A DNA stretch of 64,000 nucleotides from Minisyncoccota bacterium (GTDB taxonomy: Bacteria > Patescibacteriota > Minisyncoccia > Phycocordibacterales > UBA5272). Location: assembly GCA_041651055.1 (NCBI GenBank), contig JBAZJW010000001.1:306661-370660 (forward strand). The letters are read 5' to 3'. The translations under genes were made by a program, and so were the position numbers. The notes below the pieces were generated by a model that was given only the letters and a program-made list of their open reading frames with translations, was not told where the DNA came from and ran no database searches. Shown in pieces: positions 18,778-28,146 of the stretch; positions within the stretch are counted from its first letter, which is position 1, and the number at the start of each line of letters is the position of its first letter.

Positions 18778-20679
18778 ATGAACCCAGAAACAACAACACA
18801 ATCTACAGGCGACATGAACCCGAGCTCAGAGAGCACACCGATTTCAACATCACCTTCTGCTCCATTCCGGAGACCAAACGATAGACCTCGCACAGGTGGT
18901 GCGAATCGTTCGCGAAACAACAACCGTCCCCCACGGTCAATGGTTGGACCAAAGTTCGACACAACGGTCACCGGTAAAAGTGAAACCGATCACATCCCCC
19001 CACTCAAGGATGGAGATATTCGCATTATCCATTTAGGTGGCGTAGAAGAAATCGGACGTAACATGAGTATGGTTGAGTACAAAGACACGATTGTAATTGT
19101 TGACTGTGGTGTTCAATTCACAGAAACAAGCACCCCTGGTGTTGATTTCATTTTGCCAAACACACGCTACCTCGAAGAGCACAAGCACAAGATCAAGGGT
19201 GTTGTCGTAACACACGGCCACCTCGATCACATCGGCGCTATTCCGTATATCATGCCACGTATAGGTAACCCACAGATTTATGCGCGCTTCTTTACCTCTC
19301 TTATGATCAAGAAGAGAATGGAAGAGTTCACTCACTTGCCACCGCTTACGATGAATATTATTGAGAAAGGAGACACGGTAACCTTCGGAGATTTGAAGGT
19401 TCGTTTCTTCGGAGTATCGCACGCGATACCAGACTCTATGGGTGTCATTATCGAAACACCGTACGGTGATATCGTTCACACAGGAGATTTGCGTCTCGAT
19501 CATGATGATGGAATCCCAACAGATAATGAAGAGGATCGTTACAAGGTTTTTGAAAACAGAAACATTCTCCTTATGATGGCGGATTCCACAAACTGTGAGA
19601 ACCCAGGATTTTCTATTTCTGATCGTGTTGTGTACAAAAATATCGAGAATGTTATCAGGGATACCCCCGGCCGTCTCATCGTCAGTACGTTTGCAAGTCA
19701 GGTAGAACGCATGCTCTATATGCTAGAAACCGCTGAACGATACGGCAAAAAAGTTGTCGTTGAAGGTCGCAGTATGAAAACAATTATCGAAGTAGCCAAG
19801 CTTGCGAACATGCTCAAGATAAAACCTGAGACACTTATCACGCTTGAAGAAATGCTTCACTACCCAGAGAACAAGCTCGTTATCTTGGCGACTGGTGCTC
19901 AAGGTGAAGAATTCGCTGCGCTCGGTCGTGTTGCAAATAAGACACACAAGTTTATTCGTCTCACACCAAAGGATACGATTCTCATGTCATCATCGGTAGT
20001 TCCCGGCAATGAACGCTCTGTTCAGAACCTCAAAGATAAACTTTCTCGTCAAGGTGCTCACCTTATTCACTACAAAACATCAGATGTTCACTCTTCTGGT
20101 CATGCGAACGCTGACGAACTTGTATGGATTCACCGAAAGATTCACCCTAAATTCTTCATCCCTGTTCACGGATATCACTACATGCTCCGTGTGCATGCCG
20201 ACCTCGAACGCAAGCTCGGTATGATGGAAGAAAATATTGTTATTCCAGATAACGGTATGATTATTGAAATTCAAGATAATGGAAATAAAATTCTTAAACT
20301 AAAAGAAAAGGCACCGTGTGAGATGATTGTCGTAGACGGAACATCTGTTGGTAAAATCCAAGATGTCGTCATGCGTGATCGTCAGACACTTGCTGAAGAC
20401 GGAATGTTCGTGGTTATCGGTGTTATCGATAGTCACACGCACACCCTCAAGAAGTCTCCCGATCTTATTTCTCGTGGATTCGTGTACCTCAAAGAATCAC
20501 AAGATCTTTTGTACCAGACACGTCTTCTTACCAAGAAGGTTATCGATGATTCGCTCGCTCGTGGAGGATTTTCAAACCTCGATGATATGAAGCAGGAGGT
20601 TGCAGAAGCAACAACAAAATTCCTTCTTCAGAAAACAGCGAAGCGTCCGGTAATTATTCCGGTTATCATCTCGGTATAG
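18778..20679 (+). CDS. rnj: Ribonuclease J
   Basis: LGGVEEIGRNM, THGHLDHIG, HTGD, HSSGH, PVHG; ~70-aa low-complexity N-terminal extension. Confidence 0.95.
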   Translation: MNPETTTQSTGDMNPSSESTPISTSPSAPFRRPNDRPRTGGANRSRNNNRPPRSMVGPKFDTTVTGKSETDHIPPLKDGDIRIIHLGGVEEIGRNMSMVEYKDTIVIVDCGVQFTETSTPGVDFILPNTRYLEEHKHKIKGVVVTHGHLDHIGAIPYIMPRIGNPQIYARFFTSLMIKKRMEEFTHLPPLTMNIIEKGDTVTFGDLKVRFFGVSHAIPDSMGVIIETPYGDIVHTGDLRLDHDDGIPTDNEEDRYKVFENRNILLMMADSTNCENPGFSISDRVVYKNIENVIRDTPGRLIVSTFASQVERMLYMLETAERYGKKVVVEGRSMKTIIEVAKLANMLKIKPETLITLEEMLHYPENKLVILATGAQGEEFAALGRVANKTHKFIRLTPKDTILMSSSVVPGNERSVQNLKDKLSRQGAHLIHYKTSDVHSSGHANADELVWIHRKIHPKFFIPVHGYHYMLRVHADLERKLGMMEENIVIPDNGMIIEIQDNGNKILKLKEKAPCEMIVVDGTSVGKIQDVVMRDRQTLAEDGMFVVIGVIDSHTHTLKKSPDLISRGFVYLKESQDLLYQTRLLTKKVIDDSLARGGFSNLDDMKQEVAEATTKFLLQKTAKRPVIIPVIISV

Positions 20680-20696
20680 TTACTATTCTCCAGTCT

Positions 20697-20743
20697 ACAG
20701 AAATACTAAAGCGGCACCTACGGTGCCGCTTTAGTATTTCTGT
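20697..20743. terminator. Long hairpin terminator after rnj
   Basis: acagaaatactaaagcggcacc-tac-ggtgccgctttagtatttctgt. Confidence 0.8.
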
Positions 20744-20793
20744 TAGCATTGGACTGGCAACTGTCGACTGTCGACTGTATACTTAGCATATCT

Positions 20794-21963
20794 ATGCACG
20801 CCATCACTCGTAATAAGCTTCTCGTCGTGACGTATATGCTCACGATTTTATATGCCCTTCATTATGGCATACCACTGTACGCCACATCATCATACCTTCA
20901 TCAATACTTTAGCGCGTCATGGGTGAGCGCACTCTACATGATAGGAAGTGTCATTTCATTATGGGCGTCAATGTCAGTCACGCAGCGTATTAAAAAATTC
21001 CATAGCTACAAATTCACCGCATCGCTCGCCATCGCAGAGATTCTCATTACCATTCTCTTTGCATTGTCTTCGAATATGTATCTCATTGCCCTGTTCTTCA
21101 TTGTTCACTTTACCTTACAAGCACTACTCTATGTTTCCTTGAATGTTTTTATTGAGAGCTTTAGTAATCACGCCGAAACAGGAAGCATTCGTGGTCTCTT
21201 TCTAGCACTCCTTAATATGGGTATTCTTATTTCCCCTCTCATTGGAGGAACAATTCTCGCGAACGGATCATTTCAGATGCTGTATATCGTTGCATCCCTC
21301 ACCCTTGTACCGTTTCTTTTCTTTCTCCATAAATATCTCCAGCATGTTAAAGAGCCGGCCTATCACACCATCGATATGGCAGGAGCACTTAAGCTTGGGT
21401 GGCAAAACAAAAACCTCCGAGCGGCACTTGTATCCATACTCATTGTGCAATGTTTCTATGCGGTGATGGTGATTTATTCTCCGATATACCTCGCTACGAT
21501 TGGTATATCTCTTCCTACATACCTTTCATTTATTATTCCACTAGCACTTATTCCTCTTGTACTCTTACCGTATGAACTAGGGATGCTTGCAGATACTAAA
21601 CTTGGAGAAAAAGAACTACTTATCATTGGACTTCTTATTCTCGCAGTAACGACACTTCTGTGTGTCGTCGTTACGAGCCCTGACCCACGTGTATGGGTAT
21701 TCCTACTTCTCATTTCTCGTATTGGGGCCGCTTGTGTGGAAACTATGGCGTTTACCTACTACTTCAAAAAGGTTGGCCCCGAAGATGCCTCCCTAACAGC
21801 TCTCTTTAGTAATGCCTATGCTGTGGCGACGATTATTGTGGGCGCGGTTGGTGTCGCGGTGGCACCACTTCTTGTCACACGACCTCAACTGATGTTTGTT
21901 ATCCTCGGATGTGCTATATTGTGGAGTATATCCTACGTTCTTCCGATGAAGGACACGAGATAG
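20794..21963 (+). CDS. MFS transporter
   Basis: About 12 hydrophobic segments, GMLADTKLGEK motif. ATG 20794 preferred over the TTG at 20749, which lies in a ctgtcga repeat. Confidence 0.85.
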   Translation: MHAITRNKLLVVTYMLTILYALHYGIPLYATSSYLHQYFSASWVSALYMIGSVISLWASMSVTQRIKKFHSYKFTASLAIAEILITILFALSSNMYLIALFFIVHFTLQALLYVSLNVFIESFSNHAETGSIRGLFLALLNMGILISPLIGGTILANGSFQMLYIVASLTLVPFLFFLHKYLQHVKEPAYHTIDMAGALKLGWQNKNLRAALVSILIVQCFYAVMVIYSPIYLATIGISLPTYLSFIIPLALIPLVLLPYELGMLADTKLGEKELLIIGLLILAVTTLLCVVVTSPDPRVWVFLLLISRIGAACVETMAFTYYFKKVGPEDASLTALFSNAYAVATIIVGAVGVAVAPLLVTRPQLMFVILGCAILWSISYVLPMKDTR

Positions 21964-22036
21964 CTCAGGCTTTCAGCTTGAGCTAATACTCAATGAAACA
22001 ATAATCAATATTCAAAAAGATACTGATACAACACCT

Positions 22037-22726
22037 ATGAAAGAAATTAAAGTTACAACAAAAGAACCAGTACGCATCAATGTCTTCCTTCGTGATGAAG
22101 GAGTTGGTTCTCGTCGCACTATCGATGAATATATTTCTAGAAATTATGTAACCATCAATGGATCACAAGCAAGTCTTGGTAGTAAAGTATCAAAGGGAGA
22201 CACTGTGTGTATCACCTATCCGCAAAAAGAACTCATCTACGCCCTCTACAACAAACCTCGTGGTGAAGTCACAGGACGAAGACCGGAGCTCGGAGGTTGT
22301 GAACCTCTCGGCCGACTCGATAAAGAAAGTGAGGGATTACTGATGTACAGTAACGACTACCGTGTTGTGGACGCACTTCTTAACCCAAAGTATGGGCGTG
22401 AAAAAGAATATGATGTCGTTATACGAGAAAAAGCCACACCTCGTGTCGTAACGCTTCTCAAGAAAGGTATTTACACACAAGAAGCAACCTACGCCCCTGT
22501 GAAATCTGTCTCTATCTACAACGAAGGTTTTTCATTACGCATAGTTCTCACCGAAGGAAAGAAGCATGAGATTCGTCGTATGTTAAATGCGCTTAACTTA
22601 ACCGTGATGAAACTTGCTCGTACTCGTATCATGTCTTTTTCTGTTCATGGATTAGCTTCTGGTAAAGTACACACCATGACACCGAAACAGGTCACCACAC
22701 TTTTGAAAGATCTGGGTATACAATAG
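22037..22726 (+). CDS. RsuA/RluB/RluF-family rRNA pseudouridine synthase
   Basis: S4 domain, NKPRG, GRLDKESEGL, LTEGKKHEIRRM. Confidence 0.92.
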   Translation: MKEIKVTTKEPVRINVFLRDEGVGSRRTIDEYISRNYVTINGSQASLGSKVSKGDTVCITYPQKELIYALYNKPRGEVTGRRPELGGCEPLGRLDKESEGLLMYSNDYRVVDALLNPKYGREKEYDVVIREKATPRVVTLLKKGIYTQEATYAPVKSVSIYNEGFSLRIVLTEGKKHEIRRMLNALNLTVMKLARTRIMSFSVHGLASGKVHTMTPKQVTTLLKDLGIQ

Positions 22727-22801
22727 TCTATAAAGTCAAAAGTCCATAAAGGAGACGCAGACTTGTATCTCTTTGAATATTGATTATTGTTTCATTGAAT
22801 A

Positions 22802-23584
22802 TTACGAGGAAATCCTATACCTCTTCCCTTTCTTTATCACATACCCTTCCTTCACTAATTTTTCCAACACACCTTCTGTGCGCTCATCGTCAGGAGATGT
22901 TTCTCCATGTGTAATTGCAAACAAAACTTTTGCACGCAATTCACGAACAGATCCTTTATATACTGACTGCTTCACATGATGTACACTCTTTGCATTATGA
23001 GAAATAGAAGATGCTTTCAAATGAGCACCATAATCCATCAATGCGTAATACCAGATTCTTGCTCCCAATTTCTTTACCTGTGCACTTTTTTCTAATCGAG
23101 AAAGATCATCATACAAAATTCCATCGTGAATCTTTTCTTCACCTTGATGATAGGTTTCGATAAGCGCTGTGCGAATATTCGTCTCAAGCAATGGATGAGA
23201 AAATGTATCATAGGCAAACGCAGAGATAGCAGACGCAGTGTATGTGCCGATACCCGAGAGCGTGCACAGCTCATCGTATGATACAGGAACACGTGTATGC
23301 TTCTGTGCGAGCTCGTAGAGTGCTTTTGCACGCCGTTGATATCCGAGTCCTTGCCATAACACCAAAACATCTCGAAAACTAGCTTGTGACAAGGCTTTTA
23401 GCGTTGGGTAGCTTTTCATCCACAATGAATACTTCTCGAGCACACGACTCACTTGTGTTTGCTGAAGCATTATTTCACTCACCACAATTCTATATGGAGT
23501 GATATTTTTTCTCCATGGTAATGTATGTCTTCCATTTTTTCTATAGTGAACCAAAACTGTTTTTATGAATGTTTTATCCTGCAT
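22802..23584 (-). CDS. mutY: MutY-like A/G-specific adenine glycosylase, short form lacking Fe-S cysteines
   Basis: LPWR, VSEIMLQQTQV, WQGLGYQRRA, HhH LSGIGTYTA, ALMDYGA. Confidence 0.85.
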   Translation of the reverse strand: MQDKTFIKTVLVHYRKNGRHTLPWRKNITPYRIVVSEIMLQQTQVSRVLEKYSLWMKSYPTLKALSQASFRDVLVLWQGLGYQRRAKALYELAQKHTRVPVSYDELCTLSGIGTYTASAISAFAYDTFSHPLLETNIRTALIETYHQGEEKIHDGILYDDLSRLEKSAQVKKLGARIWYYALMDYGAHLKASSISHNAKSVHHVKQSVYKGSVRELRAKVLFAITHGETSPDDERTEGVLEKLVKEGYVIKKGKRYRISS

Positions 23585-23781
23585 GCAACTATTTCTTGTA
23601 AGGCTATCATGTTTTTCTTGTATATTTTTCTCGTGCGGGACAAAATTCTCGTTTCAACTGAAATCTGAGATTTTCTAAATATGTGAATAACTACCCTCTA
23701 TGTACTTGAGTATATCACTCAAGGTTGTTACACTATGTACAGACAGTTGTTTCTTATCAGCTTATTAGAACTAGTAAAAGA

Positions 23782-24078
23782 ATGTCAAAAACGACAGTCC
23801 TTGAAGTCTATCAAGACAAGAAGGGCATGTACCGATTCCGACTTCTTGCACGCAATGGTGAACCAGTATGTATGTCCGAAGGATATGCAAAAAAATCAGG
23901 GGCACTCGCTGCTTGCAATAAATTATCAGAATGGGTGACCCATGCACTTCTCGTCGATGCCGATAAAAAAGCAGATGCGGCTTCAAAAACAACTGGGAAG
24001 CAATCCGTCAAACAGATTGCTAAGGCGGCCACGTCAAGGGTAACCAAAAAGACAGCTACCAAAAAAGTTGTTTCATAA
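23782..24078 (+). CDS. YegP/DUF1508-family protein with Lys/Ala/Thr-rich tail
   Basis: EVYQDKKGMYRFRLLARNGEPVCMSEGY. Confidence 0.8.
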   Translation: MSKTTVLEVYQDKKGMYRFRLLARNGEPVCMSEGYAKKSGALAACNKLSEWVTHALLVDADKKADAASKTTGKQSVKQIAKAATSRVTKKTATKKVVS

Positions 24079-24178
24079 GGAAGCCTGAGAAGCAACCGTA
24101 ACGCATCAAACAAAGACGTCGTTCCCCTACGCGCAAGCGTAGAAGAATTACAAAACAGAGACCGCCATACTTACCAGA

Positions 24179-24490
24179 GGGGCGGTTTTTGTTTTTAGTC
24201 CATACATTGTGCCATCTGCTTCGCTAAGAAAAGTTTTTACTTCTGCGTCGTATGTCTGTATACGCCTTAGTCATAAAAACTTTTCTTAGCTTGCACCTGA
24301 CGCAATATCTGAACTAAAATTAGACATATTTACTTTGTTACAGGAAATTTTTCTCGGTCAATGTACTCATATGTACATCTCTCTCAAAAAATTTTCCTGC
24401 GTCGCACATCTTGAACCGTTTTATGCGGTAAAAACCTTTTGTTAGAAAAAAACATACATCGCGCATTACTACAAAAGTAAAAACCGCCCC
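24179..24490. mobile_element. MITE-like composite: 12-bp terminal inverted repeats enclosing two palindromic units
   Basis: GGGGCGGTTTTT (24179-24190) and AAAAACCGCCCC (24479-24490); internal palindromes at 24193-24319 and 24320-24415; no ORF. Confidence 0.5.
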
Positions 24491-24591
24491 ATCATTGTGA
24501 TTACCATAAAGACTCTATGTCGTTTTACCTCAACAGCAAATATACAATAATAAAAATAGTAGGTAGTCCCAATATAAGACTTAGTAGCGTT

Positions 24592-25536
24592 CTATCTCTT
24601 GAGTTCATGTTCTATGCGTGAATGCACATACTGACCAGCGTCTACTCCTGTCGTCGCGAGTGACTGCATAAATCGTCCATCTTTTCTAAGTGACGGCGCG
24701 GTGTCAATATTCACTACGGTATATCCATCTGCATGCGAAATCATATCAATACAAACTGGCCCCGTAAGATCGAGCGCCTCGTATACTTGGGTGACGAATT
24801 TCTTCATTTGTTCTTTTTTCCATTCTGGAGCATGGACATGCGCACGCATCGGAGCCTCTTCGTTTGGGATACCTTGCAAGCTTGCAAAGGTTTCTACCCA
24901 TAGTGGCGTATACAACTTTTCTCCACGAAAATCAGGGAGCGCTGCGATGGATGATGTCGGTGCTTTTTTATACGTGAGCACATGTGTGTCTATTCCCTTT
25001 GCATGATAATCACGAATGATAGTTTCTAGATCTGTAAAAAGTTTTATTAATCGTGAAGGAGCGCCTGCTGTACGCACAAGTGGTCGTACCATAAGTGGTG
25101 TGTGATACGTAGACCACAGCTCACGAAAGAGACTGTCTTTGAGTGGAGCACTCGCACGGACGACGACAGTCTCGGGAACTTTGATACCTTGCTGACGCAA
25201 TACTCTGTACATGTCTTCTCTATCCATAGTCACTTCGTGTGCTCGAGAAAAGAGAAGCGGTATACCCATATCCTTGGCAAGTGCCTGATACGCTTCCCCT
25301 TTCATGCGTGTCGTGTCCACAACCGTGTGTGCAATAGTGAATATATAGTGCGCGTCCGTTGGCAAGCCTTGAAGCGTCCATTTACCTTCGGTGTCAATAA
25401 CCACATCAAGCGGCTTGTATCCTATTTTCGTAAGAGAAATTAAAACCTCTGCACCTTCAGCGAGAGATGTTTTGAAATTATGATTCCCTCCGCGAAGGAC
25501 TGCGATATCTGGCATGCTACGAGATACGTTTAACAT
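24592..25536 (-). CDS. Divergent D-Ala-D-Ala ligase-like ATP-grasp protein
   Basis: IAVLRGG...SLAEG N-terminus, MDRE..YRVLRQQGIKVP, CIDM, VVNIDTAPSL; catalytic motifs degenerate. Confidence 0.7.
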   Translation of the reverse strand: MLNVSRSMPDIAVLRGGNHNFKTSLAEGAEVLISLTKIGYKPLDVVIDTEGKWTLQGLPTDAHYIFTIAHTVVDTTRMKGEAYQALAKDMGIPLLFSRAHEVTMDREDMYRVLRQQGIKVPETVVVRASAPLKDSLFRELWSTYHTPLMVRPLVRTAGAPSRLIKLFTDLETIIRDYHAKGIDTHVLTYKKAPTSSIAALPDFRGEKLYTPLWVETFASLQGIPNEEAPMRAHVHAPEWKKEQMKKFVTQVYEALDLTGPVCIDMISHADGYTVVNIDTAPSLRKDGRFMQSLATTGVDAGQYVHSRIEHELKR

Positions 25537-25633
25537 AGCTTTAGTATAGCAGTCGCTTCGCTAAATTTTAAATTTTTAATTTCTAATTGATAACAAGGCC
25601 CAAACACACTACATAAAAGGCTCGCGTCAAAAT

Positions 25634-25838
25634 TTGACAAGAATACGAGTCTCTGGTATGAATAAGATATGGTAGTAATGATCGCATCACAGACGAATAT
25701 GTCAGCCAATTTCCTCGGGGGATACACCCCTAAGGGATTTCCTGATTATGTGATGCTGGGTGGGTCGTTGCAATAAAACACTAACAACCTCATAAGGACC
25801 TACAGTGCATCACATAATTCATGTGATGCACTTTGTGT
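25634..25838 (+). promoter_or_regulatory. Promoter plus attenuator-like 5' leader of the GNAT gene
   Basis: TTGACA-17-TATGAA with extended TG; 35-codon uORF 25669-25776; mutually exclusive pairings among 25684-91, 25745-56, 25804-18 and 25821-32. Confidence 0.6.
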
Positions 25839-25870
25839 ATAAGTTCTTTTACACGCTTAGGAGGTTTATC

Positions 25871-26431
25871 ATGAGTGCTATTTTTCTCATCGGAAAGAAG
25901 ACAGTTCTGCGTCCCATTTCCGTGTCCGATATCGTGATTTTTACGAAGTGGATGAATAATTCTGAAACGAGAAGATATCTCACACAGAGATTCCCTATGA
26001 CAGAAACGGCAGAAGAGTCGTGGATCAAAAAGGTTAGTCTTTCACCAAACAACCCAACTGATGTTCGCCTTGTTATTCAAACAAAAGATGAAGGAAAGCC
26101 TATTGGAACAATAGCGCTACACAACATCAATTGGGTTGACCGAAATGCCACGACGGGCACGATCATCGGTGAAGCAGACTTCCGTAGCAAAGGATACGCC
26201 ACAGATGCCAAGATGGTTTTGCTTGAATATGCGTTTCAAACTTTAGGAATGCACAAGATCATCTCACGGGCCTTCGCATCAAATACCGCGAGCATCGAAT
26301 ACAGCAAGCGCTGCGGCTACACGGTCGAAGCAACTCTGAAAGATGAAGTTTTCGGTGAAGGGTCATGGCAGGACATTGTCCTTCTTGCCTGTTTCTACCC
26401 CGCATGGAAACTGGCAGCAGAAAAGCGGTAA
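25871..26431 (+). CDS. RimJ/RimL-family GNAT N-acetyltransferase
   Basis: LRPIS..DI..FTKWMN, FRSKGYATDA, NTASIEYSKRCGY; SD AGGAGG upstream of ATG 25871. Confidence 0.9.
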   Translation: MSAIFLIGKKTVLRPISVSDIVIFTKWMNNSETRRYLTQRFPMTETAEESWIKKVSLSPNNPTDVRLVIQTKDEGKPIGTIALHNINWVDRNATTGTIIGEADFRSKGYATDAKMVLLEYAFQTLGMHKIISRAFASNTASIEYSKRCGYTVEATLKDEVFGEGSWQDIVLLACFYPAWKLAAEKR

Positions 26432-26441
26432 TTTTTTTCTC

Positions 26442-26477
26442 GGGCCAGAGGTTGTCATCAACCCCTGGTCCTTTTTA
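26442..26477 (+). terminator. Intrinsic terminator of the GNAT gene
   Basis: gggccagaggttg-tcat-caacccctggtcc followed by ttttt. Confidence 0.7.
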
Positions 26478-26554
26478 TATTCTATAAATAGAATAAAGAA
26501 AAATCTGTCCATGTAAAGATTGACATGGTGTTACATTTTTATCATACTGAAATT

Positions 26555-26732
26555 CTACGGACTGTATTTACTGCATGTTGCCGCTGGCGGTCCTGTATGG
26601 GAAGCCGTCAGGTCATATCATGGGTGGATAAGCATGGGTTTAATTATGAATCACAAACAACCCAAAGGTGATGATCATACTCGTAGCAATGTGATGCACC
26701 TGACCGATACGAAAGTATCGGTTTCCCTTTTT
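26555..26732 (+). ncRNA. Candidate standalone structured RNA / orphan leader
   Basis: TTGACA(26520)-17-CATACT promoter, terminator accgatac-gaaa-gtatcggt-ttcccttttt, internal long-range pairing; only an 18-aa ORF with an ATG near the predicted start. Confidence 0.4.
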
Positions 26733-26755
26733 ATATAGCAGATATTTTAGAAGTT

Positions 26756-26803
26756 AAAAAACAATAACCGTCATTGCATATGCAATGACGGTTATTGTTT
26801 TTT
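26756..26803. terminator. Perfect 48-bp loopless palindrome, bidirectional terminator
   Basis: aaaaaacaataaccgtcattgcat|atgcaatgacggttattgtttttt. Confidence 0.75.
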
Positions 26804-26858
26804 CTTTTTTTGTATTTCCTTTATGGACTTTACAGACTTTTGACTTTATAGACTGGCT

Positions 26859-27377
26859 CTATTTCCCTGTCTTAATTAGCTCTACTTCGAAAATCAAAGT
26901 TGAATTCGCTGGAATGACACCTCCCACCGCCTGATTGCCATATGCGAGATCGGCTGGAATGGTGAGCTTACGCTTGCCGCCCACTTTCATACCTGCTACA
27001 CCCATATCCCACCCTTTAATTACTTCACCTGCTCCGAGAGTAAACATGAATCCCTGATCACCGTGATTACGTGATGCATCAAAAATCGTACCATTCATAA
27101 GCGTACCCACATACTGTACGGTCACCTTGTCCCCTGCGACAGCTGTGGCCCCTGTTCCCACCACTTCATCTTCCATCTTTAATTCTGTTACTAGCATATT
27201 GTTTGTTGTTACGTTTGTATTTGTAGTTTGTGTTGTCTGTGTCGTCGATGTTGCATTAATATTTGATATAAACTCATCATGAGTACCGCTATTGGGAGAC
27301 AAACCCAACGGGTCCCATAAAATTAATGCTCCAGCAATCACTACCCCAATTCCAATGTATATGTATGTTGATTTCAT
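26859..27377 (-). CDS. Membrane-anchored FKBP-type peptidyl-prolyl isomerase
   Basis: VTVQYVGTL, FDAS, VIKGWDMG, IPADLAYG, IPANSTLIFEVEL. Confidence 0.95.
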   Translation of the reverse strand: MKSTYIYIGIGVVIAGALILWDPLGLSPNSGTHDEFISNINATSTTQTTQTTNTNVTTNNMLVTELKMEDEVVGTGATAVAGDKVTVQYVGTLMNGTIFDASRNHGDQGFMFTLGAGEVIKGWDMGVAGMKVGGKRKLTIPADLAYGNQAVGGVIPANSTLIFEVELIKTGK

Positions 27378-27386
27378 AAGTTTTTA

Positions 27387-27956
27387 TTATAGCAAACTAT
27401 TATCTATAACCACATGAGCAATTTCTTTTGGTTTAAATGATTCAAAGCACTCAATGTCATTTTCCCTCCAGATTCCATCCCATAGTTCATCTTGTGGATT
27501 ATTATATTCCTCTCGATCCCTCTTCTTCCCCCTTTCCGTAGCAATTTCAATTGGACAATCAATCCATATTGTATATCCAAAGTAGTGAAGCAACTCTGGA
27601 CGAAACAATCCAACCCCTTCAATAATTACTATTGAATGATTAGAAACACTAACAATGTTATCTATATTATTTTTACCATAATCAAAATGACCGTAGGAAA
27701 AAACTCCGTCTGTATAAAGAAAAGGATAGAGAACCTCCTTTTCTAGCCGCTCGTAATCCATAACACTCCACATTGAATACTTTGAAAGAGTTTTATCTTT
27801 CATAAATGAATCAACTCCAATAATGGGGGCGCCAAGTTTTTCAGCCAACAGATTCGCATACGTTGATTTTCCAGAACCACCAAAACCAGAAATACCTATA
27901 ATTAATGGCTTTGGCAAATTGTTTATTTTATCAATCAAGGCTTGATTAATAGTCAT
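27387..27956 (-). CDS. Uridine kinase-like P-loop kinase (AT-rich)
   Basis: IGISGFGGSGKST, VDSF, IIEGV. Confidence 0.75.
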   Translation of the reverse strand: MTINQALIDKINNLPKPLIIGISGFGGSGKSTYANLLAEKLGAPIIGVDSFMKDKTLSKYSMWSVMDYERLEKEVLYPFLYTDGVFSYGHFDYGKNNIDNIVSVSNHSIVIIEGVGLFRPELLHYFGYTIWIDCPIEIATERGKKRDREEYNNPQDELWDGIWRENDIECFESFKPKEIAHVVIDNSLL

Positions 27957-28022
27957 AGAAATTATTTTGTATTTTTATTTTTTCAGAGACTGCTTCAGAT
28001 ACACAACTTTGAGGGGGTAATT

Positions 28023-28146
28023 ATTTTCTAAAGAAATTGGATGCAGTACGAGGAGCTTAGGAATTTTTCAAGGAGACGTACGAGAAAGTACGTTGACGAG
28101 AAAAATTCCGTAGCGACAAAGTAATGCGCCAATTTCTTTAGAAAAT
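28023..28146. repeat. Palindromic element abutting the nrdB stop codon
   Basis: 18-bp outer arms attttctaaagaaattgg/ccaatttctttagaaaat, inner ggaattttt/aaaaattcc, apical acgtac-gagaaa-gtacgt. Confidence 0.8.

Noticed and set aside
26520-26738. 72-aa ORF; also SRP RNA or 6S RNA identity for this unit
   Set aside because: The TTG start is the promoter -35 itself; the SRP GGAAG/AGCAG motif is absent; a 6S fold cannot be supported by eye.
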